Shown piece by piece: positions 27,832 through 37,453 of a DNA stretch of 64,000 nt. Within the stretch, counting starts at the first letter, position 1. Every line of letters starts with the position of its first letter. The notes beneath the pieces are model-generated. The model worked only from the letters and a program-made list of their open reading frames with translations, did not search any database and was not told the origin of the DNA. Both the position numbers and the translations under genes were made by a program. The DNA is from Promethearchaeota archaeon. GTDB lineage: Archaea; Asgardarchaeota; Lokiarchaeia; Sigyniarchaeales; SOKP01. The DNA lies in contig JBHLNS010000012.1 of the NCBI GenBank assembly GCA_048941285.1, forward strand, positions 8,859 through 72,858, written 5' to 3'.

Positions 27832-28956
27832 CTACTTATAAAAAATTTCTTTATCTAAGCTTGTGAGCCTTTCACATCCACTACTAGTTATTCTATAGCA
27901 ATCCTCGATGCCAACTAATCCTTGACCCCTAACAATCTGCCATGCTTCCACATCTAAAACCATATTTTTTTTAATAAGGCCATCAAATATATGTCCAGGG
28001 CCAAAAATATGTGTTTCTTCAGTTTCCAATCCGATACTATGACCAATTATTGTACAACGCCCTTTTCCTATTTGTTTGAAATACTTAAATGCACTTTCAT
28101 ATAACTCATTTGGTTCTGTTCCTGGTTTGAGATTATCTAGACAAAATTCTTGAACTTTGATCATATTCTCCATGGCCTTTACACCTTTCTCAGGAGCTTG
28201 CCCCACAACTGCATCTCGACTAACATCTGAAACATATCCCTTCCAAACAGCACCATAATCAAATCTAACTAAATCACCTGGCTTAACAACAATTCCAACA
28301 CCAGGAGCCTCTGGGTCTGAATCACCTATATTCATAGTTAAATGATCCCAACCTTCTGCTCCTTCATTCACTATGGATCTTCTGGCTATTTTAAGTAATT
28401 CAATATCTGTAATTCCTTCTTTTAAAGATTCAATACAATTGAGAATAGCTTTTTCAGCTATTTGGGTCGACTTTTTAATTCTATTTATCTCTTCTTCGGA
28501 TTTGATCAAACGCATTTCTAAAAATATATTATCTCCATCAACAAAAGCAGCATTTGGAAATTCTCTTCGTAGAAATTCTGATTGATATCTTGGCATAAGA
28601 GTTTCAATGCCGATCTTTCCATTTTTTAAACCAAAACTTTCTAATTTTTCTTCTAATAACTTTAAACCTGCTTTAGGAGATCCAACACGCTCATAATCTT
28701 TGACCCAAGAAAACTTTTCAATGCTATCATATAAAACCCATATTAATAAACATACTTCTCCATCGTTGGTTATTATTGAAAAGCTTGGATATTGATTATA
28801 CAGTACAAATAATATTGGATTAGGCGCAACATGTAATGTAGGAATCCCGGTGGTATAAAAAACGTTTACAGGGGTTGTAGCAATTAAAGCGTCAACTCCA
28901 TATTTTTTAAGAATTTCATTCGCTCTTTTTTTATTATAACCTATTGGCTCAGCCAT
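27832..28956 (-). CDS. M24 (Xaa-Pro peptidase-like) metallopeptidase
   Basis: Creatinase-like N-domain, RLIKSEEEI, FDYG....YVSDVSR, GHSIGLE, DVE and GIED. Confidence 0.88.
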   Translation of the reverse strand: MAEPIGYNKKRANEILKKYGVDALIATTPVNVFYTTGIPTLHVAPNPILFVLYNQYPSFSIITNDGEVCLLIWVLYDSIEKFSWVKDYERVGSPKAGLKLLEEKLESFGLKNGKIGIETLMPRYQSEFLRREFPNAAFVDGDNIFLEMRLIKSEEEINRIKKSTQIAEKAILNCIESLKEGITDIELLKIARRSIVNEGAEGWDHLTMNIGDSDPEAPGVGIVVKPGDLVRFDYGAVWKGYVSDVSRDAVVGQAPEKGVKAMENMIKVQEFCLDNLKPGTEPNELYESAFKYFKQIGKGRCTIIGHSIGLETEETHIFGPGHIFDGLIKKNMVLDVEAWQIVRGQGLVGIEDCYRITSSGCERLTSLDKEIFYK

Positions 28957-28973
28957 ATAAATTTCTCACCTTT

Positions 28974-29318
28974 TTAATCAAAATCATCCATAAAGATTTC
29001 CAACCTTTCCAAATCAGACATTGTTCCTTTTGGTTTAAGGGTACCATCCATAAAAGCTTCCATTGGATCGATTTCTCCTGTTGAGATACCAAGAAAAAGA
29101 TCAGATTCAACCTCTAAACTCATTTCGGCATTCTCATTATAACCTTCTTCTACTCTTGCCTTTTTCTTATCAAAAATCAATTGGACCTTATAATTGATAT
29201 CCGGAAATATAAATTGCATAGTTTTATTAAAATCTTCAAATTCTTCAGCAATATCTGGATCATCAAGTTTTTTAGCCCAGCTTTCTAAAGCTAGTTTTAA
29301 TTCTTCAGCTGTTGCCAT
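28974..29318 (-). CDS. SCP2 sterol/lipid-binding domain protein
   Basis: Stand-alone 114-aa protein with the FLGI.TGEIDPMEAFMDG.LK.KG SCP2 signature. Confidence 0.88.
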   Translation of the reverse strand: MATAEELKLALESWAKKLDDPDIAEEFEDFNKTMQFIFPDINYKVQLIFDKKKARVEEGYNENAEMSLEVESDLFLGISTGEIDPMEAFMDGTLKPKGTMSDLERLEIFMDDFD

Positions 29319-29359
29319 TTTTTTTCACGTTTAGAAATTTTAATTTTCTTTTGTATTTT

Positions 29360-30154
29360 TCATTTGTTATTTTTCTTAAGTTTTATTAATATTTCTTTAG
29401 GATATTTTGCTTTAGTCCATGGGATGTTTGCAAAAAAATGTGTAAATATCCTTACAATTAAAGGTTGCTTATTTTTAAAACGATTCTTTTTTTTAAAATA
29501 TACGCGTCGGTAAGGCTCAGCATATTTCCAGCCAAAAAGCTTCCTTCCAGCGAATCTGCTAAATGGACGATAAGGAATCATTGTATATCTTAAAAGCCAA
29601 TGTTGGGTTTTATGACAAGCAATTAATTTCTGTGTTAAGCTCTCAAAATCTTCTCTTTTAAATCCAAAAAAGAAATTCGGATGCAATGAAGTATAGAAAT
29701 AAAGTATTGGTTTGAAATCGATTAAACTATTAAAAATTATATAAAAAATTGCTTTACCAGTATTAATATGATCCATATGATAATACCATGAGTAAATTGC
29801 CTCTGGAGCAATTATTATATCTGGCTTTTCTTTAGCTAAATATTGAGTAATCTTATTAATAAATTCTTTATTAAACGGGACCAATCCATCAACATATCCA
29901 AAAAAATCAATATTTTCGGGAGACAGTCCATGAATTCTTTCTGCTTCAATAAGTTCTTTGGTTCTAACTCTTGCTAATAATTCACCTTTGAACCGATCAT
30001 ATTTTGATCCAGGAAGTCCAAACTCGCCTTTAGTTATAGAAGCAATTCTTATGTCATATATTTTTTTACTTTTATTTGCAAGATAATGTATTAAATGGCC
30101 ACATTTGTGTTCTAAATCATCAGGGTGAGCTTGAAAAAATATAATCTTTGCCAT
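29360..30154 (-). CDS. PIG-L / LmbE family N-acetylglucosaminyl deacetylase
   Basis: AHPDD, T.GE.G, R.KEL, DG, H.DH and HKTQ motifs. Confidence 0.88.
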   Translation of the reverse strand: MAKIIFFQAHPDDLEHKCGHLIHYLANKSKKIYDIRIASITKGEFGLPGSKYDRFKGELLARVRTKELIEAERIHGLSPENIDFFGYVDGLVPFNKEFINKITQYLAKEKPDIIIAPEAIYSWYYHMDHINTGKAIFYIIFNSLIDFKPILYFYTSLHPNFFFGFKREDFESLTQKLIACHKTQHWLLRYTMIPYRPFSRFAGRKLFGWKYAEPYRRVYFKKKNRFKNKQPLIVRIFTHFFANIPWTKAKYPKEILIKLKKNNK

Positions 30155-30176
30155 ATTATCTCAGAATCATAAATCG

Positions 30177-31067
30177 CTATTTTATTTCTTCCATTTTTAT
30201 TGATCTTTTCCCTAATAAAAAAAAACTTACTATAATTAGTGATACTCCGGATACTAAAAAGAATATAGAAAGGATAAATGGGGGGCTCATAAGAAATACA
30301 ATGAAATATATAAAAATTGGAGATATTAAGACAGGCATATTTTGGATAGGGATCAAATTACTTGCTTGACCCACTCTATAAGCATACTGTATTGTTGTCA
30401 AACCATAAATATTGCATAAAATCAATATAATTATTGCTGTTATACATAATATAAGTTGAGGTATATTAAAACTCCCACTAAATACATCTGTTATTGTTCC
30501 AATAAATTGACTTACCCATAAATTACCTAGTGCAAACATTAAACCTGATAAGATCGCTAAAAGTATCCCTTTAAATCTCTCACTGTTTTTCTGAAAAATA
30601 TAACATAATAGAGATAAAATGACAAGAATTATTGTATAAAGAATTAATCTTATTAGAAACCAGAATTCTAACAGATCAGCTTCAATAATTTCAATTGATA
30701 ATTGACTTAAACTTAATAATAGCGTTCCTGCTATCATTAACAAAATTCCCATATATTCCTCTAATTTTAACCTTTCTCCTATAAGTTTTATAGATCCAAT
30801 AACCAACACTATTAATCCTAAGGACATAAGTCCTGGTATAAGTGCTGGGCCAATAAAACCCTGGGCAGTTAAAAAAAAAATTGAACTAATTCCAAAACTT
30901 AAAAATACACCCAATATCCAAGTTGGATTTCTAACTAGACTTTTCATAAATTTAGATTCGGAGGATATTTTGTTTACCGCTTTCTTTTGAAAAACCGAGC
31001 CTAATTGTGTTATAATACCTGCTAATACTGCCAAGAGAACCCCTATCCAATATAAAGATGATGCCAT
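30177..31067 (-). CDS. DMT-superfamily membrane transporter (NIPA/EamA-like)
   Basis: About 9 hydrophobic segments, with G..FQKKA and LVRNP.W..G motifs. Confidence 0.75.
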   Translation of the reverse strand: MASSLYWIGVLLAVLAGIITQLGSVFQKKAVNKISSESKFMKSLVRNPTWILGVFLSFGISSIFFLTAQGFIGPALIPGLMSLGLIVLVIGSIKLIGERLKLEEYMGILLMIAGTLLLSLSQLSIEIIEADLLEFWFLIRLILYTIILVILSLLCYIFQKNSERFKGILLAILSGLMFALGNLWVSQFIGTITDVFSGSFNIPQLILCITAIIILILCNIYGLTTIQYAYRVGQASNLIPIQNMPVLISPIFIYFIVFLMSPPFILSIFFLVSGVSLIIVSFFLLGKRSIKMEEIK

Positions 31068-31232
31068 TCTTCATCAAAATATATTTGAATATTAATTTAT
31101 GATGCTTCTAATTATTCATTATTTAACTTTTATAAATTTAAAGCTTTCACTAATTTATAACATAATTTATAGTAAAAAAGCAGAAAAAAAAAGGGAAAAT
31201 ATTAATCAAAAGTATTAATTGTCTAAACTATT

Positions 31233-32054
31233 ATGGAGTGTAACCTTAAAAATTTAACCGTATATTATGAGGAATTCGGCACAGGTCAACCCATTTTAAT
31301 GATTCATGGATTTACACCTGATCATCGATTAATGAAAGGATGTTTGGAGCCAATTTTTAAAAACAGGAAAAATTATAGACGCATCTATTTTGATTTACCA
31401 GGAATGGGTAAGACAATCGGACCAAAATGGTTAAAAAATTCAGACCAAATGTTAGATATTCTGATAGATTTTATTGATGAAATTCTGCCAAATGAAAGGT
31501 TTATAATTGCAAGTGAATCTTATGGATGTTATTTAGCAAGAGGAATCATTCATAGGCGATCCGAATTTCTAAATGGCGTTCTATTTATTTGCCCTCTTAT
31601 AATTCCTCAACCAGATAAACGAGATTTACCCAAGAATTTCATTGTTCTAAAAAGAGATGTCAATTTAATCTCACGTTTAAATCCTTCTGACGCTGAAGAA
31701 GTAGAAAATTCTTTAGTTATTCAAAGCCAAAAAATATGGAATAGATACAAAAATGAGGTCCAATCTGGTTTAAAAATTGCAGATGAGGAATTTTTAGGCG
31801 AATTATTTCAAAATGGTTATCCTTTCACTTTAAATGTAGATCAATTAATAAAAAAATTTGATAAACCTACATTATTTTTACTTGGGAGGCAAGATGTTTC
31901 GGTTGGTTATCGTGATTCATGGAAAATTATAGAAAGTTATCCAAGAGCAACATTTGCTATATTAGATCAAGCGGGACATAATCTACAAATTGAGCAAGAA
32001 GAATTATTTAATTCTTTAGTTAATGAATGGTTAGATCGGATTGAAAATTATTAA
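31233..32054 (+). CDS. Alpha/beta hydrolase
   Basis: IHGF, DLPGMG, nucleophile ESYG, GRQD and AGHNL. Confidence 0.9.
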   Translation: MECNLKNLTVYYEEFGTGQPILMIHGFTPDHRLMKGCLEPIFKNRKNYRRIYFDLPGMGKTIGPKWLKNSDQMLDILIDFIDEILPNERFIIASESYGCYLARGIIHRRSEFLNGVLFICPLIIPQPDKRDLPKNFIVLKRDVNLISRLNPSDAEEVENSLVIQSQKIWNRYKNEVQSGLKIADEEFLGELFQNGYPFTLNVDQLIKKFDKPTLFLLGRQDVSVGYRDSWKIIESYPRATFAILDQAGHNLQIEQEELFNSLVNEWLDRIENY

Positions 32055-32222
32055 TCAATACAAGACTGTATTTAATAGAATGCCTAACTATTTCAAATTA
32101 ACTTCTATTTTTGGATAAAATTGAGTTGAGTGAAATTTCTAATCACTAGAATTATATAAGTATGAGCTCCTCTCTCTATATTGTTTGAATATTATTTTAT
32201 AAAATAGAATATAAAAAAAATT

Positions 32223-32639
32223 CTATTCTCCTTGAATTTGGACATAAACTCTTCTATTTCGTGGCCCATCATACTCTGCAAACATTATTCCTTGCCATGT
32301 CCCTAGCATTAATCTACTATTATTGATTAATATTTCAACGGAGTGACCTGTTAACGAACATTTAATATGCGCATCAGAATTTCCTTCACCATGTTTATAG
32401 GAATACCCTAATCCACCACTCTTAGGAATGAGTTTACTTAAATAATTACTAATATCTTTAATAACAGAAGGATCTGCATTTTCATTGATAGTTACCGCTG
32501 CAGTAGTATGCGGAACAAATACTCGACATACTCCTTGTTCTACACCATATTTTCTAATAATATCATTAACTTGATTAGTAACATCTATTAATACTTCTCG
32601 TTCTGGAGTTTTAACTCTAAACTCATCAAATTTAATCAT
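32223..32639 (-). CDS. yjbQ: YjbQ/UPF0047 family protein
   Basis: PHTTAAVTINENADP, HGEGNSDAHIK and LGTWQGI.FAEYDGPR.R. Confidence 0.93.
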   Translation of the reverse strand: MIKFDEFRVKTPEREVLIDVTNQVNDIIRKYGVEQGVCRVFVPHTTAAVTINENADPSVIKDISNYLSKLIPKSGGLGYSYKHGEGNSDAHIKCSLTGHSVEILINNSRLMLGTWQGIMFAEYDGPRNRRVYVQIQGE

Positions 32640-32683
32640 AAAGTCACCAGAATAAATAATTTTGAAAACCTTAAAATAATTTC

Positions 32684-33451
32684 TTAATCATTAAAAGATC
32701 CATGCTTCCCTTTTCCCTTTGAAAATTCCGCGCTACCCTCTAAGAATTCCCCACTTTCTAAAGTTCTCAAACCATATTCAAATTCTTTTGCCATAGCATC
32801 TTTCACATTTAAGCCAAATTGATTATAAACAGATAATCGATCATTCCTCATGCAAATTTTTGGAAATTTAGCTAGTTCTCTTGCCAAATTTTCTGCTTGT
32901 TGTTTTGATTGACCATCTTCAACAATTCGATTAGCGAGACCCCAAGAATATGCTTCATCAGTAGCTACAGGGCGTCCTGTTAGGATCATGTCTAATGCTC
33001 TACTTAAACCGATAAGTCGGGGTAAGCGAACTGTTCCACCATCAATTAAAGGTACGCCAAACCTACGGCAGAACACTCCAAATATAGCACTTCTCTCTAC
33101 CACTCGTAAATCACACCATAATGCTAATTCGAGACCTCCTGCAACAGCATATCCCGCAACTGCTGCAATTACTGGTTTTGTTAATCTCATCCTTGTAGGG
33201 CCCATAGGCCCATCGCCTTTTTTCTCTATTCGATTTCCAATACCCTCTGTTATGGCTTCTAAATTAGCGCCAGAACAAAAAGTACCATTAGCACCCCATA
33301 AAACAGCAACTTCTGCTTTATCATCATTTTCAAATTTGCGAAAAGCATCAGCAAGTTCTTTAGCAGTAGGGCCATCTACAGCATTTTTAACCTTTGGATT
33401 ATCTAAAATAATCGTATAAATTGGATAGTTTATTTCTATAAAAACTGCCAT
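32684..33451 (-). CDS. Enoyl-CoA hydratase/isomerase family protein
   Basis: FCSGANL, AVAGGLELALWCDLRV and GVPLIDGGTVRLPRLIG. Start moved to ATG 33451 (MAVFIE) because the upstream extension is AT-rich and not protein-like. Confidence 0.92.
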   Translation of the reverse strand: MAVFIEINYPIYTIILDNPKVKNAVDGPTAKELADAFRKFENDDKAEVAVLWGANGTFCSGANLEAITEGIGNRIEKKGDGPMGPTRMRLTKPVIAAVAGYAVAGGLELALWCDLRVVERSAIFGVFCRRFGVPLIDGGTVRLPRLIGLSRALDMILTGRPVATDEAYSWGLANRIVEDGQSKQQAENLARELAKFPKICMRNDRLSVYNQFGLNVKDAMAKEFEYGLRTLESGEFLEGSAEFSKGKGKHGSFND

Positions 33452-33810
33452 GGAAAAACATAAATTTTTAGAAATAAAAAATTTAATGAATTTAAAATTG
33501 AAATTTGATATATTAATTTGGTTTACTTTTTTAACTAAAACGGAATCTATCAAATATTATTCCTATTTTAATATTGAATGAAGATTCATTCAAAAATCAA
33601 CTTTATTTAAAAAATTTCTTTAATCCTTGAAGATTCCTTATGAAACTCAAATTAAGTATACGTTTTATGATAATGTTGGCGATTTGGTTAAACTTATATA
33701 TGATGCAAATTATTCAACTAGATATCTATTAAGTCAAACGGATATTACACTGAATAGATGTTCATTTAATAAAATTTAAAGAAAAATTTAATAAAAAAAG
33801 GTCGAAAAAA

Positions 33811-34836
33811 ATGGTTATAAAAACACAAATAACTGAAATGTTAGGGATTAAGCATCCAATAGTTGCTGCACCAATGGGACCCTTTTATACAACAAATCTA
33901 ACAATCGCGGTCTCAGAAGCAGGAGGCTTAGGCGTTTTAAGCCATGTAACATTAAGTGAAGGCATCACCGTTAATCAAATTAAAGAAAGTATGAAGAAGG
34001 TAGTTGAACATACTGATAAACCTTTTGGATTAAATATTAGAACCGCAGCATTACAACCTGATGCCATAAAACTATGTAGACAAATTCCAAAGTTTATAAT
34101 GGATAATCCAAAAATCAAAGAACAATGTACTTATCTAATTACAAGTGCAGGGTCTCCAAAGATACTTTACAACAAATATTATAAGGAACTAAAGAAATCA
34201 TCAAATATCAAAAATTTTCACGTAGTACCTTCTTTAGAGTTAGCTAAAAAAGTGATAAAAGATGGTGTAGATGGGATAGTCGCAACCGGACACGAAGGTG
34301 GAGGGCATCAAGCTTATGAAAGTGCAAGTACTTTAGTACTTTTACAGCAAATTAGACAAGAAATTCCAGAAATTCCTATTATCGCTTGTGGAGGCTATGG
34401 AACTGGAGAAGGATTAGCATCAGCTTTGGCTATGGGAGCTGGGGCAATTGCAATGGGAACAAGACTTATTGCATCAAAGGAATGTGAATTTCATGAAAAT
34501 TATAAGAATGAAGTTAAAAATTCTACTATATCCGATACTAAAATGGTTACTGGAGTTTTTGGACCAGCAAGAGTTTTAAAGAATAACTATGCAAAAACTG
34601 CCACTGTTGTATTAAATAAAGCAGAAAAAAGAGCTGAAGAAACTTCTATTGAAGTAATTAGAGAGGGGGTATTAAAATTAGAGAAAGCATATAAAGGAGA
34701 CGTTGATAATGGTATTATACTCTTAGGACAAAGTTGTGGGCTGGTAGACGAAATAGAGAGTGTCTCAGACATAATTAATTCAATTGTAGATAGTGCTGAG
34801 AAATGCCTTAAGAGTGCATATTACATGGTAAACTAA
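33811..34836 (+). CDS. Nitronate monooxygenase / FabK-like flavoprotein
   Basis: LGIKHPIVAAPM, VSEAGGLG, GHEGGGH, IACGG and MGTR. Confidence 0.88.
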   Translation: MVIKTQITEMLGIKHPIVAAPMGPFYTTNLTIAVSEAGGLGVLSHVTLSEGITVNQIKESMKKVVEHTDKPFGLNIRTAALQPDAIKLCRQIPKFIMDNPKIKEQCTYLITSAGSPKILYNKYYKELKKSSNIKNFHVVPSLELAKKVIKDGVDGIVATGHEGGGHQAYESASTLVLLQQIRQEIPEIPIIACGGYGTGEGLASALAMGAGAIAMGTRLIASKECEFHENYKNEVKNSTISDTKMVTGVFGPARVLKNNYAKTATVVLNKAEKRAEETSIEVIREGVLKLEKAYKGDVDNGIILLGQSCGLVDEIESVSDIINSIVDSAEKCLKSAYYMVN

Positions 34837-34851
34837 ACAAATATGTAAAAT

Positions 34852-35097
34852 ATGGAGATTAACCTTATGATCGATTCTACAATTCTTTCTATTTTTCAAA
34901 TAAGTGATATCGCAGAAATAAACAGTATAAAGTTATTTGAATATGAAGATTCACTTATGGAATATTTTAATAATAATTCTAATTCAAAAGCTTGTCAACG
35001 ATACTTTAAATGGTTTAGCAATTCTAAATTTAAAAAGGCTAATAATTCATACTTAAAAGATTTTAGAAAATGGTTTTCTGAATATTTTCTAATTTAA
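34852..35097 (+). CDS. Small hypothetical protein or gene remnant
   Basis: 81-aa ORF filling an intergenic gap, with no recognisable motif. Confidence 0.35.
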   Translation: MEINLMIDSTILSIFQISDIAEINSIKLFEYEDSLMEYFNNNSNSKACQRYFKWFSNSKFKKANNSYLKDFRKWFSEYFLI

Positions 35098-35120
35098 AAA
35101 AAAGTAATAATAAATAAAAT

Positions 35121-36209
35121 TTATTTTTGATTTTTCAAATATTCATTCATTTCAACAAAACTGCTAGTTCTAATTAGTGCTGCTTTGAGAAATTGGAACC
35201 CTATATCATATGTAGAACCATCTCCTCCGATATGGATAATCCAGGGTATCTCTTGGTTATAAAGATTTTTTGCTTTCATGATCTTTTTTGCGGTTGAGAT
35301 TGCTTCAGCAACTGTAGCACCAGATTCAAATAAATGGTGAACCCAAGGAACATTCCAAGAAGTTACGTTATCTTTTGAAGTTGAAACTTCTGAACAACTC
35401 GTATTATTAACATAAATTATATTCTTATCTGCAACAGCGGTTGCAGCAGTTGCCATTTGATTTAAAACCATCCCCGCACCACAACCAGGACACAATCCAT
35501 GACCTGGTTGTAAATGGGTTTGAGGTTGCAGTTTCTTTCGGTTTACTCTATAAACATCCATAGATTTTTCAGCACCAAATTTATCGATTAATGCTTTTAT
35601 TTTATTATTGCGTTGCTCTGTTAAGTAAATGATCTCATCAATTTCTTTTTCCATGAACTTGGGTTTAAATAGATGCCTAAATTTTCCCATTGATTTAAGA
35701 TAATCAACAAATTTATCCCTATCAATATCTAATCCGCGATAATAAGTAAAAGTGGGGATACCATCGTTAACCCTTACCGTGTAAAGAGGCCAATATCCAC
35801 AATCAGTTGCTAGTTTTGAGATGTTGAGAGCGTCAGAAGCATCATGCCTCCATCCTCTCATACAATCAGAATAAGCTTGAATAAACGCAGAACCATTTGA
35901 TTTAAGTGCATCAGCTACTTTTCCCATAAAATCATTTGGATATGCTGGATTTACTGTAGCTAAGAAAAGTTTTTTAGTTCCATAGAAAGCAAATGGAGTT
36001 ACTAAATCCTGCTTTATACCTATTTTACCTGGAATTTTATCTCCTGCTGGACCTGTTGTTGTAGAGGCATAAGGAGGTGTTCCTCCGCTTTCTTGGATCC
36101 CTGTATTCATAAACGCTTCATTATCATAATTGAAAAATAATACATTACATTTTTCATTTCGGGCTAAGATATCATCAAAATTAATAATATTTCTCTCGGA
36201 TTTTCCCAT
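35121..36209 (-). CDS. porB: 2-oxoacid (pyruvate):ferredoxin oxidoreductase beta subunit, circularly permuted
   Basis: YDNEAFMNTGIQ lies near the N-terminus. HGLCPGCG, NTSC and GGDGSTYDIG lie in the C-terminal half. This is the reverse of the canonical order. Confidence 0.88.
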   Translation of the reverse strand: MGKSERNIINFDDILARNEKCNVLFFNYDNEAFMNTGIQESGGTPPYASTTTGPAGDKIPGKIGIKQDLVTPFAFYGTKKLFLATVNPAYPNDFMGKVADALKSNGSAFIQAYSDCMRGWRHDASDALNISKLATDCGYWPLYTVRVNDGIPTFTYYRGLDIDRDKFVDYLKSMGKFRHLFKPKFMEKEIDEIIYLTEQRNNKIKALIDKFGAEKSMDVYRVNRKKLQPQTHLQPGHGLCPGCGAGMVLNQMATAATAVADKNIIYVNNTSCSEVSTSKDNVTSWNVPWVHHLFESGATVAEAISTAKKIMKAKNLYNQEIPWIIHIGGDGSTYDIGFQFLKAALIRTSSFVEMNEYLKNQK

Positions 36210-37439
36210 TTATTGATTCACCCCTGAAATTCTTTGTTTTGATTCTCGAACCCCTAAATATTGATATAACTCTCCTTTCATATCTGATACAGACTCCATT
36301 TTCTTTTTTGCTATGTCAAATTCATCTCGAGTAACATCTCTTCCACCTAAACCAACAATAAAGCTCCTAAAAAGTGTTCCCAAAGGATATAACGCAGAAG
36401 CAACTGACATTGAAAACGGCGGTAACAATCCATTTAGAGAATCGCTTTTTTCTAGAAGAATTAATTTTTCTAAACCAAATTCTTCTACAATATTCCGTAA
36501 TTCTTCATGTGGAAAAGGTCGGTATGCTCTGATTTTAATTAAACCTATATCCTTGTTTTTTGTCATCCAACTAATAATATTACCACTTACACTACCCATA
36601 GTACAAAAAGCAGTTTTAGATGAATTATCTAAATTATAAGTTTCAATTAGGTTATATTCTCTTCCTGTCTCTGTTTTGAATTTATTAAATACATCCTCCA
36701 TTTGGCCTAAAACAGGTTTTTTGGCATCTTCTAATCTTGCTCGTCCTTCCATAAAGTAGGATGGGGTGACAATACCTCCCCATGTTCCTGGCTTTGATGG
36801 GTCAATAGTGTGCCTTGACTTCTTGGGAGTCATTCTTTTAACAGTTTCATCCGGTATTAATGTTAATTTCTGAACGGAATGAGAAATTATAAATCCATCA
36901 TGCACAAATATAGTTGGAAATAAAGATTCCTCTGAAATCATGACTGAAAGTATTGCTGCATCATAAGTCTCTTGCACATTTTCAGAAACAATTATATTCC
37001 ACCCAAGCTCAGAATTAACTTGCGTAAATTCCCAAGAATTCCAAATAGATAAGTTTGGGGAATTGAAAGCTCTAGCAGAAATCATCATTGTTAAAGGCAA
37101 TCTCCATCCTACTGCCATGGGAAGTGCTTCGGTCATTAATAAATAACCTTGACTTGCGGTAGCAGTAAAAGATCTTGCACCCGCTGCACATGCAGCTGTT
37201 GAAAAACTTATAGCAGCTAATTCTGATTCGACATTCACAAATGCAGCTTTTAATCTTCCATGATGAACCACATCAGATAAACCTTCAACAGACTGAGTTT
37301 GTGGGGTAATAGGAAAAGCGCAAATAACATCAGGGTCTGTCTGAGTCACACCACCAGCAACAGCATAATTTCCTATCATTGTTGTTTCTATTGGTTCCTT
37401 AATTTCTTTAAAAAATATTCTCATTGGCTCTATACTCAT
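36210..37439 (-). CDS. porA: 2-oxoacid (pyruvate):ferredoxin oxidoreductase alpha subunit
   Basis: GNYAVA, AFPITPQT, VESE, TATASQG and GLGGRDV. Start placed at ATG 37439 behind a GGAGG SD. Confidence 0.92.
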   Translation of the reverse strand: MSIEPMRIFFKEIKEPIETTMIGNYAVAGGVTQTDPDVICAFPITPQTQSVEGLSDVVHHGRLKAAFVNVESELAAISFSTAACAAGARSFTATASQGYLLMTEALPMAVGWRLPLTMMISARAFNSPNLSIWNSWEFTQVNSELGWNIIVSENVQETYDAAILSVMISEESLFPTIFVHDGFIISHSVQKLTLIPDETVKRMTPKKSRHTIDPSKPGTWGGIVTPSYFMEGRARLEDAKKPVLGQMEDVFNKFKTETGREYNLIETYNLDNSSKTAFCTMGSVSGNIISWMTKNKDIGLIKIRAYRPFPHEELRNIVEEFGLEKLILLEKSDSLNGLLPPFSMSVASALYPLGTLFRSFIVGLGGRDVTRDEFDIAKKKMESVSDMKGELYQYLGVRESKQRISGVNQ

Positions 37440-37453
37440 AATATATTCCTCCT

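Noticed and set aside
33452-33553. N-terminal extension of the enoyl-CoA hydratase in the ORF track
   Set aside because: Low-complexity AT-rich translation. Family similarity begins at Met 33451.
33627-33779. ~50-codon open frame (LKIPYETQIKYTFYDNVGDL...) in the intergenic gap
   Set aside because: Short, with no SD or recognisable motif; cannot be distinguished from chance or a remnant.
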